From the IMG/VR virus record IMGVR_UViG_3300046513_000221, positions 1-64,000 of that record: DNA of 64,000 nt; one strand, given 5' to 3'. The notes under the pieces are model-generated. The model saw only the letters and a list, made by a program, of their open reading frames with translations, was not told where the DNA came from and did not search any database. Of the stretch, positions 1-9,371 are shown piece by piece. Position 1 is the first letter of the stretch. Each line of letters opens with the position of its first letter. Both the position numbers and the translations under genes were made by a program.

Positions 1-237
1 CATGTCGAACTCCTGACCGACGCCGGGAACGTACACGCCCTTAATCGGGCCGAAGGTCTCGTCCTTCTCGAACTGGCAGGTGCCGAGGGTGATGTAGCCG
101 CCCTTGACAGTGACGCTGGTGCGTGCAACGTAGTAGAACACGTTTCCGAACTTCGCGAGGAAGTGGGCCTCGTGCAGGTGACCGCTCAGGGCCACTTGGC
201 CGGTGCGTGGGATCTTGGCGTTTGCTTGAGTGTTCAT
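1..237 (-). CDS. hypothetical protein (runs off window start)
   Basis: Open frame MNTQANAKIPRTGQVALSG... from ATG at 237 with AAGGAAA upstream. Not the frame given in the ORF track (41..283). Confidence 0.65.
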   Translation of the reverse strand, partial: MNTQANAKIPRTGQVALSGHLHEAHFLAKFGNVFYYVARTSVTVKGGYITLGTCQFEKDETFGPIKGVYVPGVGQEFDM

Positions 238-384
238 GATATTTTCCTTGGACGGATATAGTTTGATTTGTATGTGAAGACATCCTAAAAAGTCTCCTCT
301 TTCAGTTTGTCTTCACATAGAAATCATATATGCTCACCAGTTTTTCAGATACGGTAGGGAGGATCCTGAGACCCTCCCAATGCA

Positions 385-804
385 TCAGTCGTTGATGTAG
401 CTCACCACCTTGCACGGTGGCAGGTTCTCCACGTCCTTGTTCTTGTAGAACCAAGACAGGTGCGCGTAGGTGTCGTAGATCTTGTTGTACACCTCGGGGC
501 CGAAGCCGAAGAGGGCGAGCTTGCGACGCATGGACTCCAGCATGGCCTCTTCATACATGCGGTACCACGTCACCTCGCCCTCCTGCAGGGCGCGATCCGG
601 GTTGTTCGGATCCTGACGGCAGACGCCGAAGTTGATGATGTCCTTGTCGTTCTCCTCGTCCACCCACAGGAACAGCATGGCGAAGCCGAACTGGCCGAAG
701 ACCTTGACGTCGATGGTTTTGTCGTGGTCGCCCAGCTTCTCCCAGTCCTTTACAGGCACGGTGTAGAAGCCGTCTTTGTCACGATTCTCGGGATTGAGCA
801 GCAT
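385..804 (-). CDS. hypothetical protein, 139 aa
   Basis: ORF with phage-typical codon bias and a purine-rich upstream region. Confidence 0.7.
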   Translation of the reverse strand: MLLNPENRDKDGFYTVPVKDWEKLGDHDKTIDVKVFGQFGFAMLFLWVDEENDKDIINFGVCRQDPNNPDRALQEGEVTWYRMYEEAMLESMRRKLALFGFGPEVYNKIYDTYAHLSWFYKNKDVENLPPCKVVSYIND

Positions 805-825
805 AGTACTTTCTTTCTTTGAAGA

Positions 826-847
826 ACCCCTACCGGGTGGTAGGGGT
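826..847 (-). terminator. intrinsic terminator-like hairpin
   Basis: ACCCCTACC-gggt-GGTAGGGGT just after the 856..2721 stop codon. Confidence 0.6.
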
Positions 848-855
848 GTTGGTTT

Positions 856-2721
856 TTAATTGCCGAAGCTGTTGATGATCTGCAGCGCTTGGGAGCGATT
901 CAGGACGATCCCTTTGACCTTGAAGTCCACTTCGGAGACCACATGGGTGGTGATCTCCAGACCGTCGTAGTCCACGGTCGTCTCCGCCTCGGAACCGACC
1001 GAGCGCAGGATGGTACCCAAGGCGCTAGTCAGGGACTTCAACTCGGAGAAGCTGAAGGGAACGCCCTTGATCAGGGTGAGTTGCTCGATCAGCAGCTCAT
1101 CGTCGTCTGCCGGTGCCTTGGCTTTGGCGATTGCCGCATCGACCTTGGCGGTTGCATCGATACGACGGCTGCTGGCGAGCAGATCGCTCATGGTCTTGCC
1201 TTTGGTCGGTGCCAAGGTTTCGTCTGGTGCTTTCAACATGGCATCCTTGATGGCGGCGGTTACATTGGACTGCTCGGCGGTGAGCCGAGGGGTGGATGGT
1301 ACCGTCAGGATCGGACGCACCGGGGCCGGTACTTCTTCCTTGACGATCTGATGTACCTCCTGCACATCACCCTCCGCCTCGCCGTCTTCCTTGACGAGGA
1401 ACCAGATGTTGTTGCCGGGGTACTTGTCGACCAGACCCTCCTCCTTCAGACCCTCCATCTTGCGGTGGACGGTGTGCTCCACCACGTCATAGCCCTTGCC
1501 CTCGACGTGGCGCAGGATCGAGATGATGGAGTGGGAGACCTGATCGGAGTCCTCCAGGAACTTCAGGATCGCATCGCGGAGTGGAGGGCGGGTGTCCTCG
1601 TCGTCCGTCATGTCGTTCAGCACCACGCCCGGATCGACGACCAGATCCGCAGGGTAAGGAATGCCGTCCTTCATGCGGTACTTGAAGGCACGCGATCCGG
1701 GGATCGGAGTGCGCTCGAACCAAGCCATCTTCTTGTCGCGGAAGATGTTGCCGATGCGGGTGCCGATGAAGCCCGGACGGAAGCCCGAGTTGTCCAGCAG
1801 CATCTCCACATCCTTGACGGTGTACCACTCCTGATCCTGAGTGACCTTCCAGATGCACTGGTCAAGCGAGTCCTTCCCGGTGATCTGGGTGTCGATAGTT
1901 GCCTGAATGGCAGCGACCGCCTCCTGCTGGTGGGCGTTCAGACCCGGAATCTTCTTGGTAGCGGCCATGTTACGGGCCACCGCCTCGATCGCGGCGTTGA
2001 CCGCTGGAGGGGTATCCGCCAGCTCCTCCAGAACGGTGGTCGCCAGCTTGGAGGACTTGGTCTCGCCCGGAGCCTTGATGCCCTTGCGGAGCGTGTAGTT
2101 CTTCTTGGTGCCGGTGCCACGCGCCTCGTAGTGATTCTTGTGGACGATCGTGGACATGAAGCGCTGGCGGATCACCTGACGGTTGAAGCCCAGCTCACCC
2201 AGCGTCTCGGCCATCTCGTCGAGGATGCGGGACTTGCCATCGGACATGAGCTTCCAGAGGGCGAGGTCGACGGGGTCCAGAGGGTCGATCTTCCACTCGT
2301 TCCCGGCGTATTTCGAATCTTGTTGGACTGTGTTGTGTCCGATCAGCATACGACCGGCTATGTTATGTTGCTGCATCTTACATCCCTTCAACGTATAGAT
2401 GACGGTATTTTTGACCACCGCCTTGATCATCTCCCCGCTGTTAACGAGGAAGTTGAGTATGGTCTCCACCTTGCCGCGCTCAAGCCCTTGTCGTTTCTCC
2501 ACGGAAGCGAACACCTCGTCAACGGTGCGCCCACGGAGGTCGGACATGATCGTCCAGACCAGTGCGGTCGGGTCGATCTCGGGGTCAGTCAGCATGTTAT
2601 CAGTCTCCTCGGCGATATTTTGCCCGGAGCTCTGCCTCTCCTTCATACGTGACACCTTGAACCTATCGCTCATGAGGAAGCGATTCATAAGTCCGGTGAC
2701 GACGTCGTCGGTATCAGCCAC
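856..2721 (-). CDS. multi winged-helix-turn-helix repeat DNA-binding protein, 621 aa
   Basis: Four similar ~65-aa units (e.g. ALVWTIMSD, LALWKLMSD, QCIWKVTQD, DAILKFLED), each followed by HTH-like helices and a wing. GTG start with AAGGAG. Confidence 0.55.
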   Translation of the reverse strand: MADTDDVVTGLMNRFLMSDRFKVSRMKERQSSGQNIAEETDNMLTDPEIDPTALVWTIMSDLRGRTVDEVFASVEKRQGLERGKVETILNFLVNSGEMIKAVVKNTVIYTLKGCKMQQHNIAGRMLIGHNTVQQDSKYAGNEWKIDPLDPVDLALWKLMSDGKSRILDEMAETLGELGFNRQVIRQRFMSTIVHKNHYEARGTGTKKNYTLRKGIKAPGETKSSKLATTVLEELADTPPAVNAAIEAVARNMAATKKIPGLNAHQQEAVAAIQATIDTQITGKDSLDQCIWKVTQDQEWYTVKDVEMLLDNSGFRPGFIGTRIGNIFRDKKMAWFERTPIPGSRAFKYRMKDGIPYPADLVVDPGVVLNDMTDDEDTRPPLRDAILKFLEDSDQVSHSIISILRHVEGKGYDVVEHTVHRKMEGLKEEGLVDKYPGNNIWFLVKEDGEAEGDVQEVHQIVKEEVPAPVRPILTVPSTPRLTAEQSNVTAAIKDAMLKAPDETLAPTKGKTMSDLLASSRRIDATAKVDAAIAKAKAPADDDELLIEQLTLIKGVPFSFSELKSLTSALGTILRSVGSEAETTVDYDGLEITTHVVSEVDFKVKGIVLNRSQALQIINSFGN

Positions 2722-2743
2722 TGATAGTCTCCTTCAGGTTTAT

Positions 2744-2992
2744 TTAAAGCTTCCGTACGCGCCCTAGCAGACGGAAGATCCATAGATGCGAGTTGAATCC
2801 GTCGTACGTCCTCAGCTCGCACTTACTGCACTCCACGGCGTCGCCCATGCCACCGCCGCCCTCCTCGATGTCATGGAGGCAGAAGAAACCTTCCGCCTTG
2901 TCTCCCCACCGGATGAACCCGGCGCTGAGCCACACCACGAGAGCGCCGAAGATGCACACCACCAGAATAGCCACTACGGTGAACCTGTCCAT
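2744..2992 (-). CDS. small membrane protein with possible zinc ribbon, 82 aa
   Basis: N-terminal hydrophobic helix; C-x-H and C-x2-C motifs. Confidence 0.6.
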   Translation of the reverse strand: MDRFTVVAILVVCIFGALVVWLSAGFIRWGDKAEGFFCLHDIEEGGGGMGDAVECSKCELRTYDGFNSHLWIFRLLGRVRKL

Positions 2993-3012
2993 GATCGACC
3001 TCCTTGAAGTTA

Positions 3013-3378
3013 TTACATCGCACCGATGATGACGAAGTTGTCGCCGACCATGATGCGCTCGGCACCGTTGATTTCCTTCTGCAGCGTGTCCAGTTCCTCG
3101 CGTTGCAAGAGGATGTCCTTGACACGCTGGATACGACCTGCCTCACCCAGACCGAACGATGCGCTGTGGACGCGACCTGGATCGCCGTAGTGGACGAAGG
3201 TGCTGTCCCGACCGAAGTCGTAGACCACGTTGTTCTGGTTGATCACCAGCGAGGCGCGCTTGGGGTTCTGCTGCACGGCCTTGCTCGTCGCGAACACATG
3301 CGACGCGTCATTGAACACCTCGCGACCGGCGCGACCGGCGAGTACGATCTTCCTGCCTTCTGCGTTGATAATCGACAT
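3013..3378 (-). CDS. hypothetical protein, 121 aa
   Basis: ORF in operon-like array, RBS-like AAGGGG. Confidence 0.65.
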   Translation of the reverse strand: MSIINAEGRKIVLAGRAGREVFNDASHVFATSKAVQQNPKRASLVINQNNVVYDFGRDSTFVHYGDPGRVHSASFGLGEAGRIQRVKDILLQREELDTLQKEINGAERIMVGDNFVIIGAM

Positions 3379-3389
3379 CTTCGATCCCC

Positions 3390-3773
3390 TTACTTGCGGA
3401 CGATGGTGAGCATGCGCTCGCCGACGATGATGCCGACGGCGTTCGTGAGATCAGGGTAGAGCGGCTGCAGCTCCTTCATCGAGAGCAGGGTGATGACGAT
3501 GTCGTCGTAGCTCTCGTGGTGGATGCCGTTGCGCTCCTCCGTGAAGCCCCACTTGTGCGTGACGTCGCCAACGGGGGTGTGCTGAACGTGGTACAGCTCG
3601 GTCGGGGTGAAGTGGAACGACACGTCGCCGTACTCCTGCGACATGATGACGGAGAGGCGCGAAGGATCCTTGATCACCTCGGGGTTCTTCTTGAAGATCG
3701 CCAGTGCCTTACCGAAGATCTCGGCGTTCTGCGCGACGCCCATGTCTACGCGGGTCTGGATGCCTTGGATCAT
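3390..3773 (-). CDS. hypothetical protein, 127 aa
   Basis: ORF with codon bias, GGGAA upstream. Confidence 0.65.
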   Translation of the reverse strand: MIQGIQTRVDMGVAQNAEIFGKALAIFKKNPEVIKDPSRLSVIMSQEYGDVSFHFTPTELYHVQHTPVGDVTHKWGFTEERNGIHHESYDDIVITLLSMKELQPLYPDLTNAVGIIVGERMLTIVRK

Positions 3774-3799
3774 TTTTCTGTGTTCCCAAATGTGAGTGA

Positions 3800-4445
3800 T
3801 TACAAAAAATAAGAGAGATGGCCCGATGCCGAAGCACCGAGCCTCTCAACTGCTTCCCTTTTCTGGTGGAGTGGGTCGCTATCTTCTTCTCGTCTGTTGC
3901 TACGTTGGATTTTGAGGTACAGCTGTGTCGTGTGTACTGCCGATACTGCCTTTTCGACCGTGTCCAGTCTACGTTTGGGTTCCACAGGCCACCATTTCGC
4001 CTGAATCGTTAAGCACCGCCTCGTGGCGGCTCTCTGGGTGATGTGATGAGCGCGTTTCAGCCCCATCCGGTACTCGCCCGGTACGTTACTGTGCTACGAG
4101 TCATAGGGAGGAAACCATTTGTCCGTGTCCCTACGAAGTTGATCCCTCAGTCCCCGACGGTCTGAAGAATTTTGATGCAAGAAGTGAGGTTGAGGTGGGT
4201 AGCTTAAAGGCTTCTTCTCCGCTCGTGTGAAGGGGTGGAGAGAAAGGACGCCTCCCTCCTACCCGGAGAGTGGATCCCAATTAGGTGCCTCAGCGAATCG
4301 ATAAGCTGACCCACCGAGGCGAGAACGGTTCTCGAACTAGGTTCGATCCCCATTGGACCGGATTAACGGTAACCCTTTCGGGCTGCTTGAGAACGGGGGT
4401 TCCGTGGAATTCCCCGTAGTTGTTAGATGAACCTTTCAGTCCATC
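3800..4445 (-). ncRNA. candidate ~650-nt structured non-coding RNA
   Basis: No credible ORF. Bounded by an ATATATTAT promoter motif (4452-4460) and a terminator (3803-3847). Many inverted repeats, including the long-range pair GGTGGGT-AGCTTA / TAAGCT-g-ACCCACC. Confidence 0.45.
3803..3847 (-). terminator. intrinsic terminator (UUCG loop)
   Basis: Minus strand GAGAGGCTCGGTGC-TTCG-GCATCGGGCCATCTCTC followed by a T-rich tract. Confidence 0.7.
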
Positions 4446-4451
4446 ATCGAT

Positions 4452-4460
4452 ATAATATAT
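4452..4460 (-). promoter_or_regulatory. putative early promoter ATATATTAT
   Basis: Recurrent intergenic 9-mer resembling the phiKZ early consensus TATATTAC. Confidence 0.6.
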
Positions 4461-4485
4461 CAACAAGTGACCTGCAGATACGGTC

Positions 4486-5085
4486 CTACCGGTGGGAGAG
4501 GATGAGCACGATCGAGGAGTTGTCCTGCAGCTGAGCCCAGAAGGTGTGGTCGCGACCACGGCCCGAGTCGCCCTCGCGGTAGCCGAAGCAGTGCAAACGC
4601 TCGCCGCTCTTCGTGACGAAGCCCTGCAGCATGTCTGCCAGCTCCGAGTCCTTGTCGCCCTGCTCGATCTTACCGGCGTACAGGAAGTCGCGGTCAGAGA
4701 CGTCGTCCGGAGCCTCGTTGTACTCGCGCATGAAGACGTACGACTTGAAGCCCTGATTCAGCAGGTTCTCGTCCGGATGCTGCTCCGCGAAGTGCTGCTG
4801 GAGGAACGCCTTGAACTTGTCGTCCTGAGACGCCTCCGGTTCCTTGAAGGCCGTCGAGATGACGACCTCAACGTCCAGACCCAGAAGGTCGTTGGCCTTT
4901 CCCGAGTTCGTCGGCGGACGCATCGAGCCGTGCTTGCCGATGTAGTGGCGCAGCTTCGGGTCGGTACCCGTGTCCATCGAGACGGTCGCACCGGCGTTCT
5001 CCAGAGCGTTCTTGATGGACAGACCTGCCTGGAACAGGCACTCGTCACCCGCCCTGGACTTCACTTCAAACAAAATCGCTTTCAT
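4486..5085 (-). CDS. hypothetical protein, 199 aa
   Basis: Start moved to MKAILFEV, which has a GGGAG RBS. Confidence 0.7.
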   Translation of the reverse strand: MKAILFEVKSRAGDECLFQAGLSIKNALENAGATVSMDTGTDPKLRHYIGKHGSMRPPTNSGKANDLLGLDVEVVISTAFKEPEASQDDKFKAFLQQHFAEQHPDENLLNQGFKSYVFMREYNEAPDDVSDRDFLYAGKIEQGDKDSELADMLQGFVTKSGERLHCFGYREGDSGRGRDHTFWAQLQDNSSIVLILSHR

Positions 5086-5115
5086 ACCCACTCCCATAAG
5101 AAAACCTACCTTGAT

Positions 5116-5457
5116 TTAACGCCTCCCACGGGCGTAACGGTACCGGCTGTACTGCCGGTCATCGTCACCCGCCTTGGAGACTGCCTTTTCCTGCTTCGGC
5201 CTGAGCGCGTCACGCGCCGCAGCCTGTGCCAGCCTCTCCTCCGTCATGGCCTCGGAGACGAGGCGCACTAGGTCGGAGTTCACTTCCTCGTACTGGTCGA
5301 TGAAACCCTGTACGTCAACCGTGTAGTTGCCAGCCGGTCGCCGGACGATCGTTATCGTCAGGTGCGGTCGGCTGGTCTTGAGCTTCTCTATGGCGTACTC
5401 GTAGTACTTGACGTAGCCAGCGAGGAACGGCTCGTAGTATGCGTCGTTGCTGCTCAT
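5116..5457 (-). CDS. hypothetical protein, 113 aa
   Basis: ORF in tight minus-strand array. Confidence 0.65.
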   Translation of the reverse strand: MSSNDAYYEPFLAGYVKYYEYAIEKLKTSRPHLTITIVRRPAGNYTVDVQGFIDQYEEVNSDLVRLVSEAMTEERLAQAAARDALRPKQEKAVSKAGDDDRQYSRYRYARGRR

Positions 5458-5463
5458 ACCGTC

Positions 5464-6075
5464 TTAGAAGATGAGGTTCAATCCGACGAGCGAACCCACA
5501 ACCAGCAGCACGGCGGCGCAGACCCAGTGCCAGCCGGTCATGGTGTCGTCGGTGGAGAACTTGGTCACCAGCTTGCGGTTGTACAAGCCCCAGAACATCG
5601 CACGGTTCTCGTACTCGGCGCTATCGTACTTCTTACGCAGCAGGAACCACATCGCCAGCGAGTAGGAGAACAGCAGTACGAACGTGCCGAAGAAGACCTT
5701 CAGCAGCGACGCACCGACGATCTTGTAGACGATGATGCCCATAGTGACCTTACCCAGAGGGGTCTGGACGAAGTCGTTAGCCGCCATGCCGATCTCCTTC
5801 GCTGCGGAGACGGCTGCGCGCCCCATGTTGCCGCCCAGATCGCCCCACGCCTCGGCCTCGGTGCGGATGGTCTTCGAGACGTTGGCCGGAGACTTCTCTT
5901 CCTTCTCCAGAGCGGCCACGTTGGCGATCAGAGTCGCCTTCTGCTCCGCCGTCAGCTTGCTCACGTCCAGCGACGAGATGCTGCTCGCGCTGGTCTGGGC
6001 GAACGCCATAGGGCAGAAGAGGATAGCCATGATAGCTATCAGGAGGTACACTGGTTGCATCAGTTTGTCGATCAT
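5464..6075 (-). CDS. membrane protein with signal peptide, 203 aa
   Basis: N-terminal signal-like segment (AFA-Q) and two C-terminal hydrophobic helices. Confidence 0.7.
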   Translation of the reverse strand: MIDKLMQPVYLLIAIMAILFCPMAFAQTSASSISSLDVSKLTAEQKATLIANVAALEKEEKSPANVSKTIRTEAEAWGDLGGNMGRAAVSAAKEIGMAANDFVQTPLGKVTMGIIVYKIVGASLLKVFFGTFVLLFSYSLAMWFLLRKKYDSAEYENRAMFWGLYNRKLVTKFSTDDTMTGWHWVCAAVLLVVGSLVGLNLIF

Positions 6076-6076
6076 T

Positions 6077-6415
6077 TCATTTCTTTCTGATTTCGGTTGC
6101 GTTGCTGTGCCGTCTCACCAGCGCCGTGAAGCGCTTGAGACGAGCTCCTTTGTCCTTCGTACCGAAGACCCGATCCACCAGCTTCTGAACCTCGCCGATT
6201 TCCTTCGAGTCGTGCTCGTGGAAGAGGTCATACTCCTCCTCGGTCACGGTGACCTTCCGTACTTCCATGAAGTGAGTCGCGTCAGCGGTCTTCACCCACA
6301 TGAGATAAATCCCATCGCTCCTCTTGAAGAAGGCGATCTGTTGGGGCGAGGCCTCGACCATCCGGACGAACCGGGTGGTGGGCCAAGCCTCGTACTGCTC
6401 CGGTAGCGCGCTCAT
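6077..6415 (-). CDS. hypothetical protein, 112 aa
   Basis: ATGA overlap with the upstream gene. Confidence 0.65.
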   Translation of the reverse strand: MSALPEQYEAWPTTRFVRMVEASPQQIAFFKRSDGIYLMWVKTADATHFMEVRKVTVTEEEYDLFHEHDSKEIGEVQKLVDRVFGTKDKGARLKRFTALVRRHSNATEIRKK

Positions 6416-6792
6416 ACCTCGTACATACCCGGAGGCATGTATGCGCTACGGTACTCTTTCTCCACCACGCTATGGTACCGGCTGATAGCCACGAGGTTGT
6501 CGACGATCTTGACGACATCGCTGGTCAAGTCGGCGTAGCTGCGGATGTCGGTGGCCGGGTTCAGGCCGAGGCGGTCAGCCGTCTCGTGGTCAACCTCCAT
6601 CGCGTCCTCGCGGAAGAAGACGACACCGCCCGGAACAGCCATCCAGACAGCGTAGAACTTCGAGTTGCGGCGGTAGAACTCCGCGACGAACGAGGACTTG
6701 TGTACCTTCAGTGCCGCCTCCAGATCGATAGCGGTTCCCGGAGGGTGGACCATCAGCGCGCCGTGATACGGCTTGGGTGGTGTCTTGCTCAT
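6412..6792 (-). CDS. hypothetical protein, 126 aa
   Basis: Start moved to MSKTPPKP, giving an ATGA overlap with the 6789 stop. Confidence 0.65.
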   Translation of the reverse strand: MSKTPPKPYHGALMVHPPGTAIDLEAALKVHKSSFVAEFYRRNSKFYAVWMAVPGGVVFFREDAMEVDHETADRLGLNPATDIRSYADLTSDVVKIVDNLVAISRYHSVVEKEYRSAYMPPGMYEV

Positions 6793-7790
6793 GCGTACAC
6801 CATCGCGTCGTGGTGGAACTTGCGGGACAGCTGGTGGCGCTCGGAGTCGGTACCGCGCACCCGCTGGAAGACCCGGTGGGCGCAGTGGCGTGCCTCCTCC
6901 ATCGTCTGCGAGTTGCTGAGGTGGTCGGTGAAGAAAGCGATCTCCGAAGGCTTGAGTTCCTCCTTGACAGGGCAGAACACGTAGACCATGCCGTCGTGCT
7001 TCAGCCACTTGAGGAGCCGGGTGTTGCCGATCAGATCCCACTCTGCGATCAGGGGCGACTTCAGGGCTTGCAGCATCACCTCACCGTGAGAGAGCTTCAT
7101 GCGGGTGAAGTCCTCCTCCACTGCGGCCATGTGCTTGAAGCGGTTCACCCAGTTGCTCAGAGCCTTGTAGCCCTCGGTGACGCCGCGCTTGTGGTCGGCG
7201 TAGCTCTGCTCGGTGACCTCGTTGATGCGGTTCAGCATCTGAGGCGAGAGCATCGCGGAGGGGTTGCTGAAGAAGTAGACCTTGCCCTCGAACTTGACCC
7301 AGCGGACGGCGCGGTTGTTTCCGCGAGCGTTGTCGCCGGTGTGCATGATGTCGCCGGTCCCGGATGGGGTGGTCTCCACCTCCGGCTTCGCACTGTCCTT
7401 GTACGGTGGGTAGGCCACCTTCGTGTGGTGCAGGACGCGGATCTCCTCGCCCACACGCTCGCCATCGGAGCGACGGTGCAGACGACAGCCCTCGAACAGC
7501 GTCTCGCCGAGGGTGCTGTACATCTCGTGACTCAACTGCGCGGGAGAGTGGTGCGAGGTCTGCTTGACCGGCTCCAGTTCCGCGCCGACCGGACTCATGA
7601 CGTAGAGCTCCGGGTAGTTCACTGCCAATTCCACCTCGCGGCGTACCTCGGACAGTCGTTGTTCGCCTACGCTGTTAACGATCTCCTCGACGCGGCATGT
7701 GTTGGCGAGGAGATCGTAGTGCAGGAAGGCTCGGCCTACCATCTCCCAGTCGTTCTCGGGAAGACGGAGTATGCCATTTGCTTGGATCAT
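6789..7790 (-). CDS. hypothetical protein, tandem paralog family member 1, 333 aa
   Basis: WEMVGRA...ELAVNYPELY motif; TTTGGGAGTA RBS. Confidence 0.7.
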   Translation of the reverse strand: MIQANGILRLPENDWEMVGRAFLHYDLLANTCRVEEIVNSVGEQRLSEVRREVELAVNYPELYVMSPVGAELEPVKQTSHHSPAQLSHEMYSTLGETLFEGCRLHRRSDGERVGEEIRVLHHTKVAYPPYKDSAKPEVETTPSGTGDIMHTGDNARGNNRAVRWVKFEGKVYFFSNPSAMLSPQMLNRINEVTEQSYADHKRGVTEGYKALSNWVNRFKHMAAVEEDFTRMKLSHGEVMLQALKSPLIAEWDLIGNTRLLKWLKHDGMVYVFCPVKEELKPSEIAFFTDHLSNSQTMEEARHCAHRVFQRVRGTDSERHQLSRKFHHDAMVYA

Positions 7791-7822
7791 TGCTTGGTAC
7801 TCCCAAAGTGAAACGGTTGTGG

Positions 7823-8593
7823 TTACTGCTTCTGCTCGATGCGGATGAGCTGGTTCTGGATCGCGGCACCGTTGCTGAGGACGATCTGGCGCAGGTAGTG
7901 GAACATGACGTCCCGATTCTCCGACTTCAGGTAGTCCGGATCCTCCATCATGGCCTTGCGGCTCAGACGACGCAGGTACTCGTACTCCTTGGTGTCGATC
8001 GTCACGGCGCGGTTCAGGCTGTCGCCGTCGTTGAAGGCGCGACCCTCCTTCAGGTTCATCATCACCCAGCGCAACGTCATGCGCGAGTCGCCAATGGAGT
8101 TCTGGTCCGGCACCGCGTAGACGAAGAAGTCCGAGAGGCGCGGATCCTCGAAGTTCGGGGAGTAGAGCGAGATCATGATGCGGTGGGTCTCCTGAATCTC
8201 GTCGTACTGCTTCGACCAGTTCTCCTGACGCTTACCGCCCAGCTTCGGCAGGATGTAGGAGACATTCGTCTTCACGTCCGTCATGATGGTGCTCTGCATG
8301 AGCGCGTGCGACAGCACCTTGTACATGAAGTGGGCGTCGTCCGACGTCTCCTCGATCGCGATCAGGGCACGGTCGTTATCGTCGTTGTAACGAACGAGGA
8401 GGAAGCGGTCGGGGTACGACAGCGCCAGCTCGACCGACTTGATGGCCTGGGTCAGACGCGGGTCGTCCATCACCAGATCCGCGAGGGCGATGCCGGACGA
8501 GCGCAGAGGCTCGTACATGGAGGCCATGCCGATCAGCTCCCAGACATTCTGGCTCTTGTTGAAACGACGTACCTTGTTTGCGACTTGGTTCAC
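7823..8593 (-). CDS. hypothetical protein, tandem paralog family member 2, 256 aa
   Basis: WELIGMA...ELALSYPDRF...MYKVL; GTG start with TTTGGGAGTA. Confidence 0.7.
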   Translation of the reverse strand: MNQVANKVRRFNKSQNVWELIGMASMYEPLRSSGIALADLVMDDPRLTQAIKSVELALSYPDRFLLVRYNDDNDRALIAIEETSDDAHFMYKVLSHALMQSTIMTDVKTNVSYILPKLGGKRQENWSKQYDEIQETHRIMISLYSPNFEDPRLSDFFVYAVPDQNSIGDSRMTLRWVMMNLKEGRAFNDGDSLNRAVTIDTKEYEYLRRLSRKAMMEDPDYLKSENRDVMFHYLRQIVLSNGAAIQNQLIRIEQKQ

Positions 8594-8618
8594 GGTAGTA
8601 CTCCCAAAAGTGATGCGG

Positions 8619-9371
8619 TTAGCGCCGCTGGTTGGCGGCGAGGGCGGCGGTGTAGACTGCGCGGATGCGGTAGATCATGTAGGCGATACCCGGCATCGTC
8701 GAGTAGATCGGATTCAGCTGGGACTCCTTGCGGCTGATGTGGCGCAGGAAGGCGTACTCGGTCTTGTCGATCAGCGCCTTGGAGTGGCCGATGACGTTGA
8801 TGCGACCATTCGCGTAGATCCAGCCGATGATCATGCTGCCGTTGTCCGGGCGCATGGTGTCCGGGTAGGCGTAGATCATGTGGTCGGAGGTCTGAGCGTC
8901 CTCGCTACCGGGCGCGAACTCGGACACCATGATCCGGTGTACGCGGTTCAGGAGCTTCTTGTTCTCCAGCCAGTCAGCGCCGGTGAGGCCGTAGGCGTAA
9001 CGCTCCTCGATACCGACGTCTGCGACATCGTACTTGCCGGAAAGCAGCATCGAGAGGATCTCGTACATCTTCTCCTCGTCCAGCTCCTCGTTGCGGAACC
9101 CGATGAGTTCGCGCTTCGGATCGTTGCACTTGTACAGGTAGAAGCGGCTCGGGTGCGAGCAGATCAGCTCCGCGCTCTTCTCGCAGAACGAGGTGAACTC
9201 GTCCTGCAACACGATGCCGTTGATGTTGGCACCGGACGACAGCATGGGTTCGTGACCGAACGCCTTGCCGATCGTCTCCCAGACGCTTTGACGCTTGTTG
9301 AACTGACGGATGGTGATGCGCTCTTCCTGCCGGACGATGACGGCGAGGTTCTTCTCGGTGGCTACGTTCAT
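8619..9371 (-). CDS. hypothetical protein, tandem paralog family member 3, 250 aa
   Basis: WETIGKA...ELICSHPSRF...MYEIL. Confidence 0.7.
   Translation of the reverse strand: MNVATEKNLAVIVRQEERITIRQFNKRQSVWETIGKAFGHEPMLSSGANINGIVLQDEFTSFCEKSAELICSHPSRFYLYKCNDPKRELIGFRNEELDEEKMYEILSMLLSGKYDVADVGIEERYAYGLTGADWLENKKLLNRVHRIMVSEFAPGSEDAQTSDHMIYAYPDTMRPDNGSMIIGWIYANGRINVIGHSKALIDKTEYAFLRHISRKESQLNPIYSTMPGIAYMIYRIRAVYTAALAANQRR

Noticed and set aside
3864-4064. tmRNA or tRNA-Ala suggested by 5' GGGGCTG and 3' CTCCACCA on the minus strand
   Set aside because: Only about 200 nt, the acceptor stem has two mismatches, and there is no TTCRA T-loop, GGATTCGAC motif or ...ALAA tag frame. Kept only as part of the unknown-RNA finding.
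4339-4352. GGTTCGATCCCC T-loop-like sequence (possible tRNA)
   Set aside because: The flanks do not form a T-stem, and no D-arm, anticodon arm or acceptor could be built.
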